Assembly: GCA_963817465.1 (NCBI GenBank)
Contig: CAWFOP010000021.1
Location: forward strand, 91,429-155,428
DNA: 64,000 bases
Direction of reading: 5' to 3'
From: an uncultured Acidobacteriota bacterium
GTDB taxonomy: Bacteria; Acidobacteriota; Terriglobia; Bryobacterales; UBA6623
Of the stretch, positions 8,693 to 17,921 are shown piece by piece. Within the stretch, counting starts at the first letter, position 1. Each line of letters opens with the position of its first letter. The notes under the pieces were generated by a model. It was not told the origin of the DNA, made no database searches, and saw nothing but the letters and a program-made list of their open reading frames with translations. The translations under genes were made by a program, and so were the position numbers.

Positions 8693-10870
8693 ATGCGCTC
8701 AAATTGGGTCGCCGCCGTCTGGCTGCTGCTGTTCGCCGCTCATTTGCCGGGGCAGAGCATCACGGGCGAGCTCGAGCAGTGGCATGACGTCACGCTGACC
8801 TTCGACGGGCCGGCGGCGAGCGAGACCGGCGATCCGAACCCTTTTCTCGACTACCGCCTCGACGTCGTCTTCACCAAGGGCTCGAAATCGCTGCGGGTTC
8901 CCGGCTACTTCGCCGCCGACGGCAACGCCGCCGAGAGCAGCGCGACGGCCGGCGGCAAGTGGCGTGTTCACTTCGTCCCGGACGAGACCGGTGAATGGGC
9001 TTACACGGCCTCGTTTCGCGCGGGGCCGGGCGTCGCTGTGAGCTCTGATCCCGAGGCCGGCGCGGCGGCGCCGCCCGACGGAACATCCGGGCGCCTCGTC
9101 ATCGAACCAAGCGACAAGACAGGCCGCGACAATCGCCGCCGAGGCACGCTGCGCTATGTCGGCGAGCACTATGCGCGCTTCGCGGGTACGGGGGAATCCT
9201 TCATCCAGGCCGGCACGCAGAGCCCGGAAAACTTTCTGGCGTATTACCAGTTCGACGGCACGGCCGACCACGGCGGCGCGGCGAACAAGCTGGTCGACGG
9301 CCTGCACCGCTATGAGCCGCACGTCAAAGACTGGCGGCCCGGCGACCCGACCTGGCAAGGCGGCAAGGGAAAGGGGATCATCGGCGCCCTGAACTACCTG
9401 GCCGGCAAAGGCATGAACACGTTCTACTCGTTGACGATGAACGTGGGCGGCGACGGCCGCGAGATCTATCCGTGGACCGCTTACGACGAGCGCGTGCGCT
9501 ACGACGTCTCCAAGCTCGCGCAGTGGGAAATCGTCTTCTCCCATATGGACAAGCTGGGCATGCAGCTCATGGTCATCACCCAGGAGGAGGAGAACGAGCA
9601 ACTGCTGGGCAAGCTGACGCCGCAGCGCAAGCTCTACTACCGCGAGCTGATCGCGCGCTTCGCGCATCACCATGCCTTGCTGTGGGACCTGTCGGAGGAA
9701 GCCGACCGTTGGCGTTATTATTCGGGCGACGACCTCAAACAAATCGCGAGCTACATCAAGAGCCTCGATCCGTGGCGCCATCCCATCCAATACGTGCAGT
9801 GGAAAGGCGAGCTGATCCCCGACGCCAAAGGTTATGGTCGTCTCCTCGGCTTCAACGACTTCGACGGCGTCGCGCTGCAGCATGATCCCGAGCATACGCA
9901 CGCCCAGACATTGAAGTGGGTCGAGGCGTCGGAGCGCGCGGGCCACCCGTGGCTGACAGGCCTGATCGAGATCAACCCAACCAGCACCGGCGTCGTCCCC
10001 GATGAGAACGACTATTGGCACGACACCGTGCGCAAGCAGTCGATTTGGGGCAATTTGATGGCGGGCGGTTCGGGGTCGGTTTTCTTCTTCGGCTTTCGCT
10101 ATCCCAACAGCGACCTCGACACCGAAGACTGGCGCAGCCGCGACCACTTTTGGGACCTCGAGCGTTATGCCCACGACTTCTTCACCAAGTATTTGCCCTT
10201 CAACCGCATGCACAGCGCGGACGCGTTGACGCCGGCGGCGGACGACTTCGTCTTTGCCCAGCCCGGCGAGGTCTATGCGGTCTATTTGCCCGATGGCGGA
10301 ACGGCGCAGCTCGATCTGCGCGCGACCGCGGGGCGATTCGACGTGACCTGGTACGATCCGCGGCACGGCGGCGAGCTCCGGACCGGGAGCGTCCGCGAAG
10401 TCGAAGGCGGCGAAATCCGCTCGCTCGGCGAGCCGCCGAACGAGCCGTCGCAAGACTGGGCGGCGCTGGTGAAGCGGCGCGGCGAGCCGCCGCTGCTCAC
10501 GCTCTCCGAGCCGACGCGCTTTCTGGTCAAGCTGGGCCAAGACATCGGCTCGTCCGCGAGCCGTCCCGGCGACCTGGTGACCGCCGTCGTCATCTCGCCG
10601 GAGCGCTTCCTGGGCGGAAGCTTCGAGGGCGAAGTCGACCAAGCGTCTTCCTCCGGCCGGCCATCGCTAGGGTTTACATTCCACAGGCTGCGCTACAAGG
10701 CTTCGACCTACCGCGTCGCGTCCACGATCGCGGACTTCGTCAACTCCAAGGGTCACCACGCAGTCGACGAGCAAGAGCATGCAGTGCGGATCGTTGAAGG
10801 CGCGCTAACCGCCTCGTCGACGGAAATCTCAATCGCGGAGGGAGCGGAATTCCAACTCGACATAAAATGA
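8693..10870 (+). CDS. Secreted glycoside-hydrolase-like protein (DUF5060-type N-terminal domain + TIM-barrel GH5-like region)
   Basis: Signal peptide MRSNWVAAVWLLLFAAHLPGQS. The N-terminal WHDVTLTFDGP...LDYRLDVVF pattern recalls the DUF5060 family. This is assigned from memory of the family, not from a search. Confidence 0.5.
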   Translation: MRSNWVAAVWLLLFAAHLPGQSITGELEQWHDVTLTFDGPAASETGDPNPFLDYRLDVVFTKGSKSLRVPGYFAADGNAAESSATAGGKWRVHFVPDETGEWAYTASFRAGPGVAVSSDPEAGAAAPPDGTSGRLVIEPSDKTGRDNRRRGTLRYVGEHYARFAGTGESFIQAGTQSPENFLAYYQFDGTADHGGAANKLVDGLHRYEPHVKDWRPGDPTWQGGKGKGIIGALNYLAGKGMNTFYSLTMNVGGDGREIYPWTAYDERVRYDVSKLAQWEIVFSHMDKLGMQLMVITQEEENEQLLGKLTPQRKLYYRELIARFAHHHALLWDLSEEADRWRYYSGDDLKQIASYIKSLDPWRHPIQYVQWKGELIPDAKGYGRLLGFNDFDGVALQHDPEHTHAQTLKWVEASERAGHPWLTGLIEINPTSTGVVPDENDYWHDTVRKQSIWGNLMAGGSGSVFFFGFRYPNSDLDTEDWRSRDHFWDLERYAHDFFTKYLPFNRMHSADALTPAADDFVFAQPGEVYAVYLPDGGTAQLDLRATAGRFDVTWYDPRHGGELRTGSVREVEGGEIRSLGEPPNEPSQDWAALVKRRGEPPLLTLSEPTRFLVKLGQDIGSSASRPGDLVTAVVISPERFLGGSFEGEVDQASSSGRPSLGFTFHRLRYKASTYRVASTIADFVNSKGHHAVDEQEHAVRIVEGALTASSTEISIAEGAEFQLDIK

Positions 10871-10965
10871 TTGCCGCTTTAGCGGGCCGCGGTTGATCAA
10901 GTTCGCTCCCTTTTTGCAAAAAGCGTTGTCAAAATGTGACGAACGGGTGTTAGAATTCTCGCGCC

Positions 10966-12423
10966 ATGCCTGATCTTGAGATCCGCTTACTCGACGTCGG
11001 CGCGATTGAATACGGCGATTGCGTCCTCTGTACCGCCGGCGGGAAGAGCATTTTAATCGACGGCGGAAAGAAGAAAAGCAGCCAACAAACGGAAGACCGC
11101 GTCAACGGCCAAAACGTCACGCATCCGCCCATCCAGGAGCAGATCGAAAGCATCCTGGGTTCGACCGATGTGGATCTGCTCGTGGTCACCCACTGTCATT
11201 CCGATCACGTCGGCAATCTCCCCGCGTTGGTTACGGCGGGAGAGATCAATTGCGAGCACGCTCTGCTCGCCGACCCGCAGTTCGGCTTCGGTCTCGCCGG
11301 CGACGCCGCGGAACCCGGCTCCGCGTCAGACATGAGCCCGGCGGAAAAGCTCTGGATGGCGATGCGCGAGGAGCCGGTTCATTCGGCCGACGACGCGGAG
11401 GTCCTGCAGTTTATCGAGGATTCCGCGGCGGAATATGAGGAGTACCTGAGTCTCGTCACGACGCTGCAAGATCGCCTTGGGGACCGCTGTGTCCTTTACC
11501 GCGGCGCGAGCGAGGCGGAGTCGCCGGGGCTCGATGCGCTCTTGGAGGAGTTTCAAGACACGGGTCTGAAGATCTTCGGGCCAACGCAAGCCCAACTCGG
11601 CAACTGCGCTCTCTTTCTCGCCGGAAGAAGCGAGGACGTGGTCGAGATCCAAGACTCTCTCGACCGCGGCGGCGGAGTGGATTTGGTGGCCGCTTACCGC
11701 GAAGCCGTGCGCCTCGACGAAGCCCAGGACGCCGAGGACGCCGGCAGCAACGGCAACGCGGTCAACAACCAGAGCATCGTCTTGAGCGTCGGCGCCGGCC
11801 CGCAGCGGGCGCTGTTGACCGGCGACATGCAGTTCGTGAAACCGCAGCTCAGCAACGACGTCGTCAAGGCCGAGATGCTTGCCCTCAAAGACGCGATTTC
11901 CGCCGACGTGGACGCCAACGGCCCGTTCGGATTCGTCAAACTGTCGCACCACGGCGCGACGAACGGCCAGAACCAGACTCTCCTGAAGTCCTGGGGCGCC
12001 GAATTGTTCGGCATTTCGACCGGCAGCGGCAGCAACAAGCATCCGACCGCGGCGACCCTGACCGCTCTCAAGAAGCTCGTGATCCAGATGAGCGGCATGA
12101 AGTGGGCGCGTACCGACATGAACGGGATCGTCCGGTACACCGCCGACGGGAATCAACTTGGCCTGTTCAAGCAGCGCGGCAAGCTGAACGACGACACTCT
12201 TCCAGCCGGGCGCTCCGGCGACGCAGGCCCCGAGGAAGAGCCCATCGCCGCGCGCGCAGCGGTCTCGGCCGCGGCGGCTCCACAACCCGCGGTGCGGGTC
12301 GAGTCTTCATCAGGCGGCGAAGTCGAGGTCGTCGTGCGTTTGCCGTACGCCAAGACCCGCGTGACGATCACAGTCGATCTCGAACCGGGCGCCGCGTCAG
12401 GGGGACAAACCGGCCCTCTTTGA
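10966..12423 (+). CDS. MBL-fold metallo-hydrolase (ComEC/Rec2-related beta-lactamase-like domain)
   Basis: HxHxDH motif VVTHCHSDHVGN, then NNQSIVLSV...LLTGDM and KLSHHG motifs. It ends CTT TGA at 12418-12423, inside the open frame of the next gene. Confidence 0.7.
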   Translation: MPDLEIRLLDVGAIEYGDCVLCTAGGKSILIDGGKKKSSQQTEDRVNGQNVTHPPIQEQIESILGSTDVDLLVVTHCHSDHVGNLPALVTAGEINCEHALLADPQFGFGLAGDAAEPGSASDMSPAEKLWMAMREEPVHSADDAEVLQFIEDSAAEYEEYLSLVTTLQDRLGDRCVLYRGASEAESPGLDALLEEFQDTGLKIFGPTQAQLGNCALFLAGRSEDVVEIQDSLDRGGGVDLVAAYREAVRLDEAQDAEDAGSNGNAVNNQSIVLSVGAGPQRALLTGDMQFVKPQLSNDVVKAEMLALKDAISADVDANGPFGFVKLSHHGATNGQNQTLLKSWGAELFGISTGSGSNKHPTAATLTALKKLVIQMSGMKWARTDMNGIVRYTADGNQLGLFKQRGKLNDDTLPAGRSGDAGPEEEPIAARAAVSAAAAPQPAVRVESSSGGEVEVVVRLPYAKTRVTITVDLEPGAASGGQTGPL

Positions 12424-12538
12424 AACGCCCGCCGACCTCGGAGCTCTGGGGGGCGGCGGGCGCAAACTCCTTTTTGTAACCGACGAAGCGGCTCTCGCCG
12501 CCAACATCGGCTCCGCCGCCGCATCGCGCGCCCTCGAG

Positions 12539-13525
12539 TTGATTCGCGCGGCCGGCAAACCGCTCATCAACGCCCCAGGAGCGGAGTTGCTCGCGCGGAC
12601 CCAGGGTCGCATCCGCGAGGATCAGTCCATCGAGGGTGTCGTCCTTCTGGGCGGGACCGACGTCGTCCCCAGTCGCATCCTTTCGACGATTCCCAAGGAC
12701 TTGGAAGGATCACCCGCCGCCCGCTCGATCGAGTCGCGCGAGCGTGACCGGCTCCAGGTGTGGAGCGACGATTCCTACGGCGACCTCGACGGCGACGCCA
12801 TCCCGGAGCTTGCGGTGAGCCGCATCCCCGACGGCAAGGATCCCGCGCTGCTGCTGCTTGCCATGACGCGGCCGCCTGTTCGGACGCCGTTCGCCGCCGT
12901 GCGGGGCGTCCGAAATTCGCGGCGCCCGTTCGCCGACCTCGTCTTCGCGAAGCTGGACGGCGGCGCGCGCATGGACCAGTGCGTCAGCGATCGCCCGGGG
13001 CTCCCGCCCTATCCTCTGGACGGCGATTGTCTGTATGTGATGCTGCACGGATACTACGGGGAAGGGAACATCTTTCGCGGCGAGGACGACGACGGCTACC
13101 CCGAGGCGTTCAGCGCCGCGGACGTGCCCAATCCCGCCCCGAGCGTCGTGTTCAGCGGTTGTTGTTACGGGGCGTTGGCAGCGGTTAAGCCGGCTCGCGA
13201 CGCCCGACCGGACGAGCGCCACGAGGGACGCACGGCGCGCGATTCGATCGCCCTGACGTGCCTGCGCAACGGCGCGAACGCGTTCGTCGGCTGCACGGCG
13301 ATTCACTATTCGCCCGACAAGTCGCCGTTCACGTACTTGGGCGAGCCGATGCACCGCTACTTTTGGCGCGAAATCGCCGCCGGACAAGCGCCCGCTCGAG
13401 CCCTGCTGAACGCCAAGAAGCGATACGGACGAGAAATCCCCCATCTTCCCGGAGGAAAAACCGAGCTCCGTCTCATTGAGCACAAGATCCTGAGGGAGTT
13501 TACTTGTTTGGGGTTAGGCTGGTAG
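12539..13525 (+). CDS. Clan CD (gingipain C25 / CHAT-like) cysteine-peptidase-like protein
   Basis: WSDDSYGDLDGDAIPELAVSRIP resembles the C25 D-x-Y-x-D-x-D-x-x-P-E-L-x-V-x-R motif, with a candidate His (VMLHGYY) and Cys (FSGCCYG) dyad. The frame is open from 12365 and protein-like sequence (KLLFVTDEAALAAN) precedes the first canonical start (TTG 12539). The true N-terminus is unresolved. Confidence 0.5.
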   Translation: MIRAAGKPLINAPGAELLARTQGRIREDQSIEGVVLLGGTDVVPSRILSTIPKDLEGSPAARSIESRERDRLQVWSDDSYGDLDGDAIPELAVSRIPDGKDPALLLLAMTRPPVRTPFAAVRGVRNSRRPFADLVFAKLDGGARMDQCVSDRPGLPPYPLDGDCLYVMLHGYYGEGNIFRGEDDDGYPEAFSAADVPNPAPSVVFSGCCYGALAAVKPARDARPDERHEGRTARDSIALTCLRNGANAFVGCTAIHYSPDKSPFTYLGEPMHRYFWREIAAGQAPARALLNAKKRYGREIPHLPGGKTELRLIEHKILREFTCLGLGW

Positions 13526-13538
13526 TGAGGACCGCAAC

Positions 13539-14018
13539 GTGAAGCCCGACAAGGTGCGAGACATCCTGAAGAAGGAACGCCCCGACCTGATCGACGTCGA
13601 GCGCGAAGGCCGAAGCTCCGCGGCCGCCGCGGACGACGACTTCGTCGGCGCGGTGGACGAACGGGAAACAACCTCCGAGGCGTGGAAGAGCCGTCGTCGA
13701 GCCGACGCAAACGCCGACGAGACGAAGGCTGATGAGGTGAACGCAATGGCGGAGCGCAAGATCGACCCCACCCAAGGCATGTCCGCCGACGAGATCCGTG
13801 ACACTTTCGCGCCTCGCCGGTATGCCTCCAACTCCTCGGCGCAAGCCTCTTCCGATTCCGGTTCGGATGAGCCGTTCGATCCGAAGGCCGGCTTTGTTCG
13901 CGTCGTGAAGCGGAGGGATGTGGACACGGTAATCGCGGCGAATCTCGATGCCTCAGGCGCCGAGGCTAAAGATCTCTTCATTGACGAAGACGAAGGCATC
14001 CTCGGCTCGCAAGGCTAA
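13539..14018 (+). CDS. Hypothetical acidic, low-complexity protein
   Basis: 159-aa ORF (GTG start), 14 nt after the preceding gene. It is rich in D/E/S and has no recognisable domain. Confidence 0.4.
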   Translation: MKPDKVRDILKKERPDLIDVEREGRSSAAAADDDFVGAVDERETTSEAWKSRRRADANADETKADEVNAMAERKIDPTQGMSADEIRDTFAPRRYASNSSAQASSDSGSDEPFDPKAGFVRVVKRRDVDTVIAANLDASGAEAKDLFIDEDEGILGSQG

Positions 14019-14033
14019 GACCCCGGCGTTCCT

Positions 14034-14975
14034 TTACTGCGTGCGTTTGGCTAGGATTTCTTCAATCTGTTTTTCAGGTACCGGCAGGTGGCTCTTGTTT
14101 TCGCGGAGCCAACCGGTGAAGTCCTGCTCGATGGCGTCGCTCCAGCGCGTGTCGATTTGACCCGAGGTGTAGACGCCGGTCCTGAGCCGCTCATGGCCGA
14201 ACTCGTCGCGCAGGCGCGTGATCTCCGACATCGTTACGACCTTCTCGGCGAGGTGAGCCGGGATGAAGACCACTCCGCCGTCGCGCCCGAGCACGACGTC
14301 GCCCGGCATCACCATCACTTGTCCGATGCGGATGGGGCAGTTGATGCCCATCATCGTCGAGTTCAACCCCGGGCCGAGGGTCGAGAAGTGGTGCGACGGG
14401 TGGTAGCCGCGCACGAAGGAGGTGAAGTTTTCGAGGGCTTCGATGCCTTCGATGTCGCGGATGACCCCGTTGTACACAATGCCGTTGCCGCTCTTGGCGT
14501 AGATCGCGTTGGCTACGTTGTCGCCAATGGAGGCGCCGTTTTGGACGAGATCGAAATGGTCGCAGACGTAGACGTCTCCAGGCGCGAGCAGGTCGACCGG
14601 CCAAGCGTTTTGGCCGCCGATGCGTCCGTCTTTCTTGCCGACCTCGGCGACGACCTTGTGAACATCCGGACGTCCCGGCATCCAGACGGCTGTCAGGGCG
14701 CGTCCGACCAGCACTTTGTCCGGATGGATCTGCATCCAGTGGTCTTCGTACTGAAAGGTGAAGCCCTGGCTGCGCAGCAGGGCCCAGGCCTCTTCGAGCG
14801 TGACGGCCTTCATGCGATCGAGGATGTCGTCGGGAACCTTGGGGCGGCCGTCGGCGAAGCGCTCGCCGTGCCATTCGGGCGTGTATTGGATGAGATCTTC
14901 TTTGTTGAAGATATCCGGCTGAGCGAAGGCTTGAGCGGCGAAAAGGAGCGCGGCGGTCGCAGCGAGGTAACGCAT
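14034..14975 (-). CDS. RraA-family (aldolase / regulator of RNase E-like fold) protein with Sec signal peptide
   Basis: LLAPGDVYVCD...GASIGDNVANAIYAKSGNGIVYNGVIRD matches the RraA-family GDV-x-V-x-D...G-D-N...G-x-x-RD pattern. N-terminal signal MRYLAATAALLFAAQAFAQP. Confidence 0.6.
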   Translation of the reverse strand: MRYLAATAALLFAAQAFAQPDIFNKEDLIQYTPEWHGERFADGRPKVPDDILDRMKAVTLEEAWALLRSQGFTFQYEDHWMQIHPDKVLVGRALTAVWMPGRPDVHKVVAEVGKKDGRIGGQNAWPVDLLAPGDVYVCDHFDLVQNGASIGDNVANAIYAKSGNGIVYNGVIRDIEGIEALENFTSFVRGYHPSHHFSTLGPGLNSTMMGINCPIRIGQVMVMPGDVVLGRDGGVVFIPAHLAEKVVTMSEITRLRDEFGHERLRTGVYTSGQIDTRWSDAIEQDFTGWLRENKSHLPVPEKQIEEILAKRTQ

Positions 14976-15113
14976 ATCGGTCGGTAGGTTAGCAGACGAG
15001 GCCGGGGATCACGCGAGCCCGCACTTGCGCACTGCCGTGGCGCGCCGCCGGCGTGCCGCGGACCGATTCTTTGATTCGCAAGTCCCAGACCACCCGAGCG
15101 GCGCGCGCGGCTC

Positions 15114-16748
15114 TCAGATATTTTTCCGCGGCCGCGCGGGCGGCGTCGGGCGTCCGTAGGTGTAGCGTGTGGCCGTGAAAGGGGCCGTGAAGTATTCGCC
15201 CAGGTCGACTTGGCCCGCGATCTTGTCTCCGCTCACATCGCCGTCGAAGTCGAAACCGAAGGTCGCGCCTTCCCAATGATGGCGACTTTTGACGCGCAGC
15301 CGATTCCCGTCCATCCAGCCGCGGATGTCGCCGCCGGTGCGGTCGCCGCGATGGGCGCCGCTGAGCTCGGCGCCTTCCTGCTCGATGAAGAACGTATGTT
15401 GGGCGGGCGTGATGGGGTAGTCAATGGAGACCTCCCATTGACCGCCGACGTCGGGCACGTCGCCGCCGCGGGCGGGCTGGCCCAGCTTAGGCGGATTCGA
15501 AAGCATTCGATGCAGGACGTCCGCGATCACCTTCGCGTCGCCCGGCTGCATCATCCACGGCATGACCGAGACGCTGCTCCTGCCGCCGCCGCGGCGGTCG
15601 CCCGAGCCGCTCGCCAGGATAATGCGCGGATTCGTGGTCCACAGATGGCCTTCGAGCTCTTCGCCGTAGAGGCCGAGACGCTCGCTGTCCCAACTGATCT
15701 CGAGGCGCGGCGCGTAGTTCGACAGGCCTGAGGGTTGTTTGACCTCGGTCGAGACGCCGTCGACGCGCTGGACGCCGGCGGCGATCTCGTCCAGCCAGCC
15801 TTCCCAGGTCTTCCACTCGGCGTCGTGGTCGCGCTTGATCCACATCTCGACAGCCGCGAGCATGCCCATGATGTCTTCTTTGCCGGCCTTCATGGCGCGG
15901 CCGGGTGCGTGGTGCGGGGCGGAATTGGTCCAGGCGGCGCGGATGAGGTCTTTGCGGCCGATGAGCAGACCGGCGCTCTGGGGGCCGCGCAGCGCCTTGC
16001 CGCCGCTGTAGGCGACCAGATCGGCGCCGCGCTTCAAGTGAACGTTGGGGATCGTGAGCCCTTCGGCGGCGGCGTCGACCAGCACGGGAACGCCGAACTC
16101 GTGCGCCAGCTTCGCGATGGGCTCGAGGCCGAACTCGCCGGTATCGGGCGGCGAGGCCAAGACCATCACCATGGCGGTCTCGGGCCCCAGGGCGGCGCGC
16201 ATCTCGTCGAGGCTCGAGACCGTGACCATCTTCACGCCCACCATGCGGATGGCGTGGTCGTAGACGTTGCGCGAGTAGTCGGGCGCGACCACTTCGCCCT
16301 TGAGTCCGTCGAGGCGCGGCAGGCGCTGGATCATCTCCGGATTGCCGCCCGCGACGCAGCCGGCCGTGGCATGAGCGAGGGCCGCGGCGCAGCCGCAGGT
16401 GACGATCGCGGACTCCGCCCCGGTGATCTCCGCGATGCGCTTGCCGGCGGCGTCCATGACTTCGTCGATGTGAACGTAGTGCTTGGAGGCTTCGAGCATC
16501 GCCTCCTTCACCTCCGGCAGGCTCAGCGAGCCGCTCATGATGGTGAAGGTTCCTTTGGCGTTGATGACGGGCCTGACGCCGATTGACTCGTAGAGCTGCG
16601 GGCCGACTTGCAGCGGCGCCGCTTGGGACGGCCGCGGCGCGCCGGCCGCGCCGAGCAACGCGGCCAGACCGCCCGACTTGAACAGGCGGCGGCGAGTCAA
16701 TGCGCCGCGTTGGGCTTCGAGCCAACCAGTGAATCCTTCGTGTGCCAT
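15114..16748 (-). CDS. SelA-like PLP-dependent enzyme (aminotransferase class V fold) with Tat signal and extra C-terminal domain
   Basis: YSGGKALRGPQSAGLLIGRKDLI matches the SelA-type PLP-lysine motif. Tat motif TRRRLFKSGGLAALLGAAGA. Start is MAHEGF at 16748; the track's longer N-terminus is Pro/Arg-rich junk. Confidence 0.65.
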   Translation of the reverse strand: MAHEGFTGWLEAQRGALTRRRLFKSGGLAALLGAAGAPRPSQAAPLQVGPQLYESIGVRPVINAKGTFTIMSGSLSLPEVKEAMLEASKHYVHIDEVMDAAGKRIAEITGAESAIVTCGCAAALAHATAGCVAGGNPEMIQRLPRLDGLKGEVVAPDYSRNVYDHAIRMVGVKMVTVSSLDEMRAALGPETAMVMVLASPPDTGEFGLEPIAKLAHEFGVPVLVDAAAEGLTIPNVHLKRGADLVAYSGGKALRGPQSAGLLIGRKDLIRAAWTNSAPHHAPGRAMKAGKEDIMGMLAAVEMWIKRDHDAEWKTWEGWLDEIAAGVQRVDGVSTEVKQPSGLSNYAPRLEISWDSERLGLYGEELEGHLWTTNPRIILASGSGDRRGGGRSSVSVMPWMMQPGDAKVIADVLHRMLSNPPKLGQPARGGDVPDVGGQWEVSIDYPITPAQHTFFIEQEGAELSGAHRGDRTGGDIRGWMDGNRLRVKSRHHWEGATFGFDFDGDVSGDKIAGQVDLGEYFTAPFTATRYTYGRPTPPARPRKNI

Positions 16749-16855
16749 GGGAGAACCTCTGTGCGCCGCGGTCGCGCTGGGCGCCTTGCGTAGTATAGGC
16801 GCGAAAGGGCGGGGGATTCGGCTACACTTCAAGCAAGTTGCGCCCGCTGTAACCG

Positions 16856-17896
16856 ATGCCATCGCTCGCCTTGGGAATAATCGGTTGTGGCCGGGCCGCG
16901 ACCGCCCTGCATCTGCCCGCGCTTGCGAAGATTCCCCAAGTCCGCGCGGTTGCGGTTTGCGACACGAACGCCGCGGCGCTCGAGGACGCAAGGAGCAAGT
17001 TCGGGATCGAGAGCGCCTACGCAGACTATCGTGAGCTGATTGCGGATCCGCGGGTGGAGGCGGTGGCGATTTGCACGCCGGCCCCGCTGCACGCGGACGC
17101 GGCGGTCGCCGCGCTGGAGGCGGGCAAGCCGACATTCATCGAGAAGCCGCTGGCGTTGCGCCTGGAAGACTGCGACCGAATGCTCGCCGCGGCGGGCCGC
17201 GGCGGGGCGCTCGCGGCGGTGGGTCACAATCTGCGTTGCCATCGACTCGTCGAGCGGGCGCGAGAAGTGATTGCCGAGGGTGCGCTGGGTCGCGTCCAGA
17301 TGCTTCGCACGGTTTGGACGGCCGGCTTCAACCTGGGGCGTGAGATGCCGGCCTGGCGAGAGAAGCGCGACCTGGGCGGCGGGGCGCTGATCGAGCTCGG
17401 CGTGCATCACTTCGACCTGTGGCGGTTTCTGACCGGCCAGGAGGTTGCCGAGTGCAGCGCGGTCAGCTTGTCTGAAACCTCCGACGACCAGGCCGCGGCG
17501 GCCCAGGCGCAACTGACAGGCGGGGCGGTCTGCTCCACCGCGCTGAGCCAGCGCACCGCGGACTCGAATGAGATCGAGGTGTACGGCGATCGCGGGCGAC
17601 TGCGGTTTTCGATCTATCAGGCGGACAGTTTTGTGATGTATTCCACAGCGGACCTAGGAGGCGGCGTGGGGACGCGCCTGAAAGAGGCGCGCCAACGCGC
17701 GGCGCAGTTGCCCGGATTATTGCGGAGCATGCGAATCGGGGGCCCTTACATCGAAACCTACCAGCGAGAATGGTTGCGCTTCGCACAGGCTGTGGCGCAG
17801 GGCGCTGACCCGCCATGCAGTCTCGCGGACGGTCGCGAAGCGGTCCGCACGCTCGATCGGCTGCGGCGCTCGCTGACGGTTGGCGCCGCGAGCTGA
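16856..17896 (+). CDS. Gfo/Idh/MocA family oxidoreductase
   Basis: LGIIGCGRAA Rossmann start and EKPLAL motif. Confidence 0.8.
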   Translation: MPSLALGIIGCGRAATALHLPALAKIPQVRAVAVCDTNAAALEDARSKFGIESAYADYRELIADPRVEAVAICTPAPLHADAAVAALEAGKPTFIEKPLALRLEDCDRMLAAAGRGGALAAVGHNLRCHRLVERAREVIAEGALGRVQMLRTVWTAGFNLGREMPAWREKRDLGGGALIELGVHHFDLWRFLTGQEVAECSAVSLSETSDDQAAAAQAQLTGGAVCSTALSQRTADSNEIEVYGDRGRLRFSIYQADSFVMYSTADLGGGVGTRLKEARQRAAQLPGLLRSMRIGGPYIETYQREWLRFAQAVAQGADPPCSLADGREAVRTLDRLRRSLTVGAAS

Positions 17897-17921
17897 GGGG
17901 CCCGGAGAGAGGAGCGACACG

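Noticed and set aside
12415-12423. Programmed +1 frameshift of prfB type at CCT CTT TGA A.
   Set aside because: I kept this only as a minor alternative. The SD-like AGGGGGA lies 13 nt upstream of the CTT rather than the 3 nt seen in prfB. Several other genes in the window show the same kind of single-base homopolymer break, so an assembly indel is the simpler explanation.
16749-17135. Upstream extension of the SelA-like ORF (673 aa in the track).
   Set aside because: It is Pro/Arg-rich and overlaps the divergent oxidoreductase gene. A proper Tat signal follows the internal start MAHEGF.
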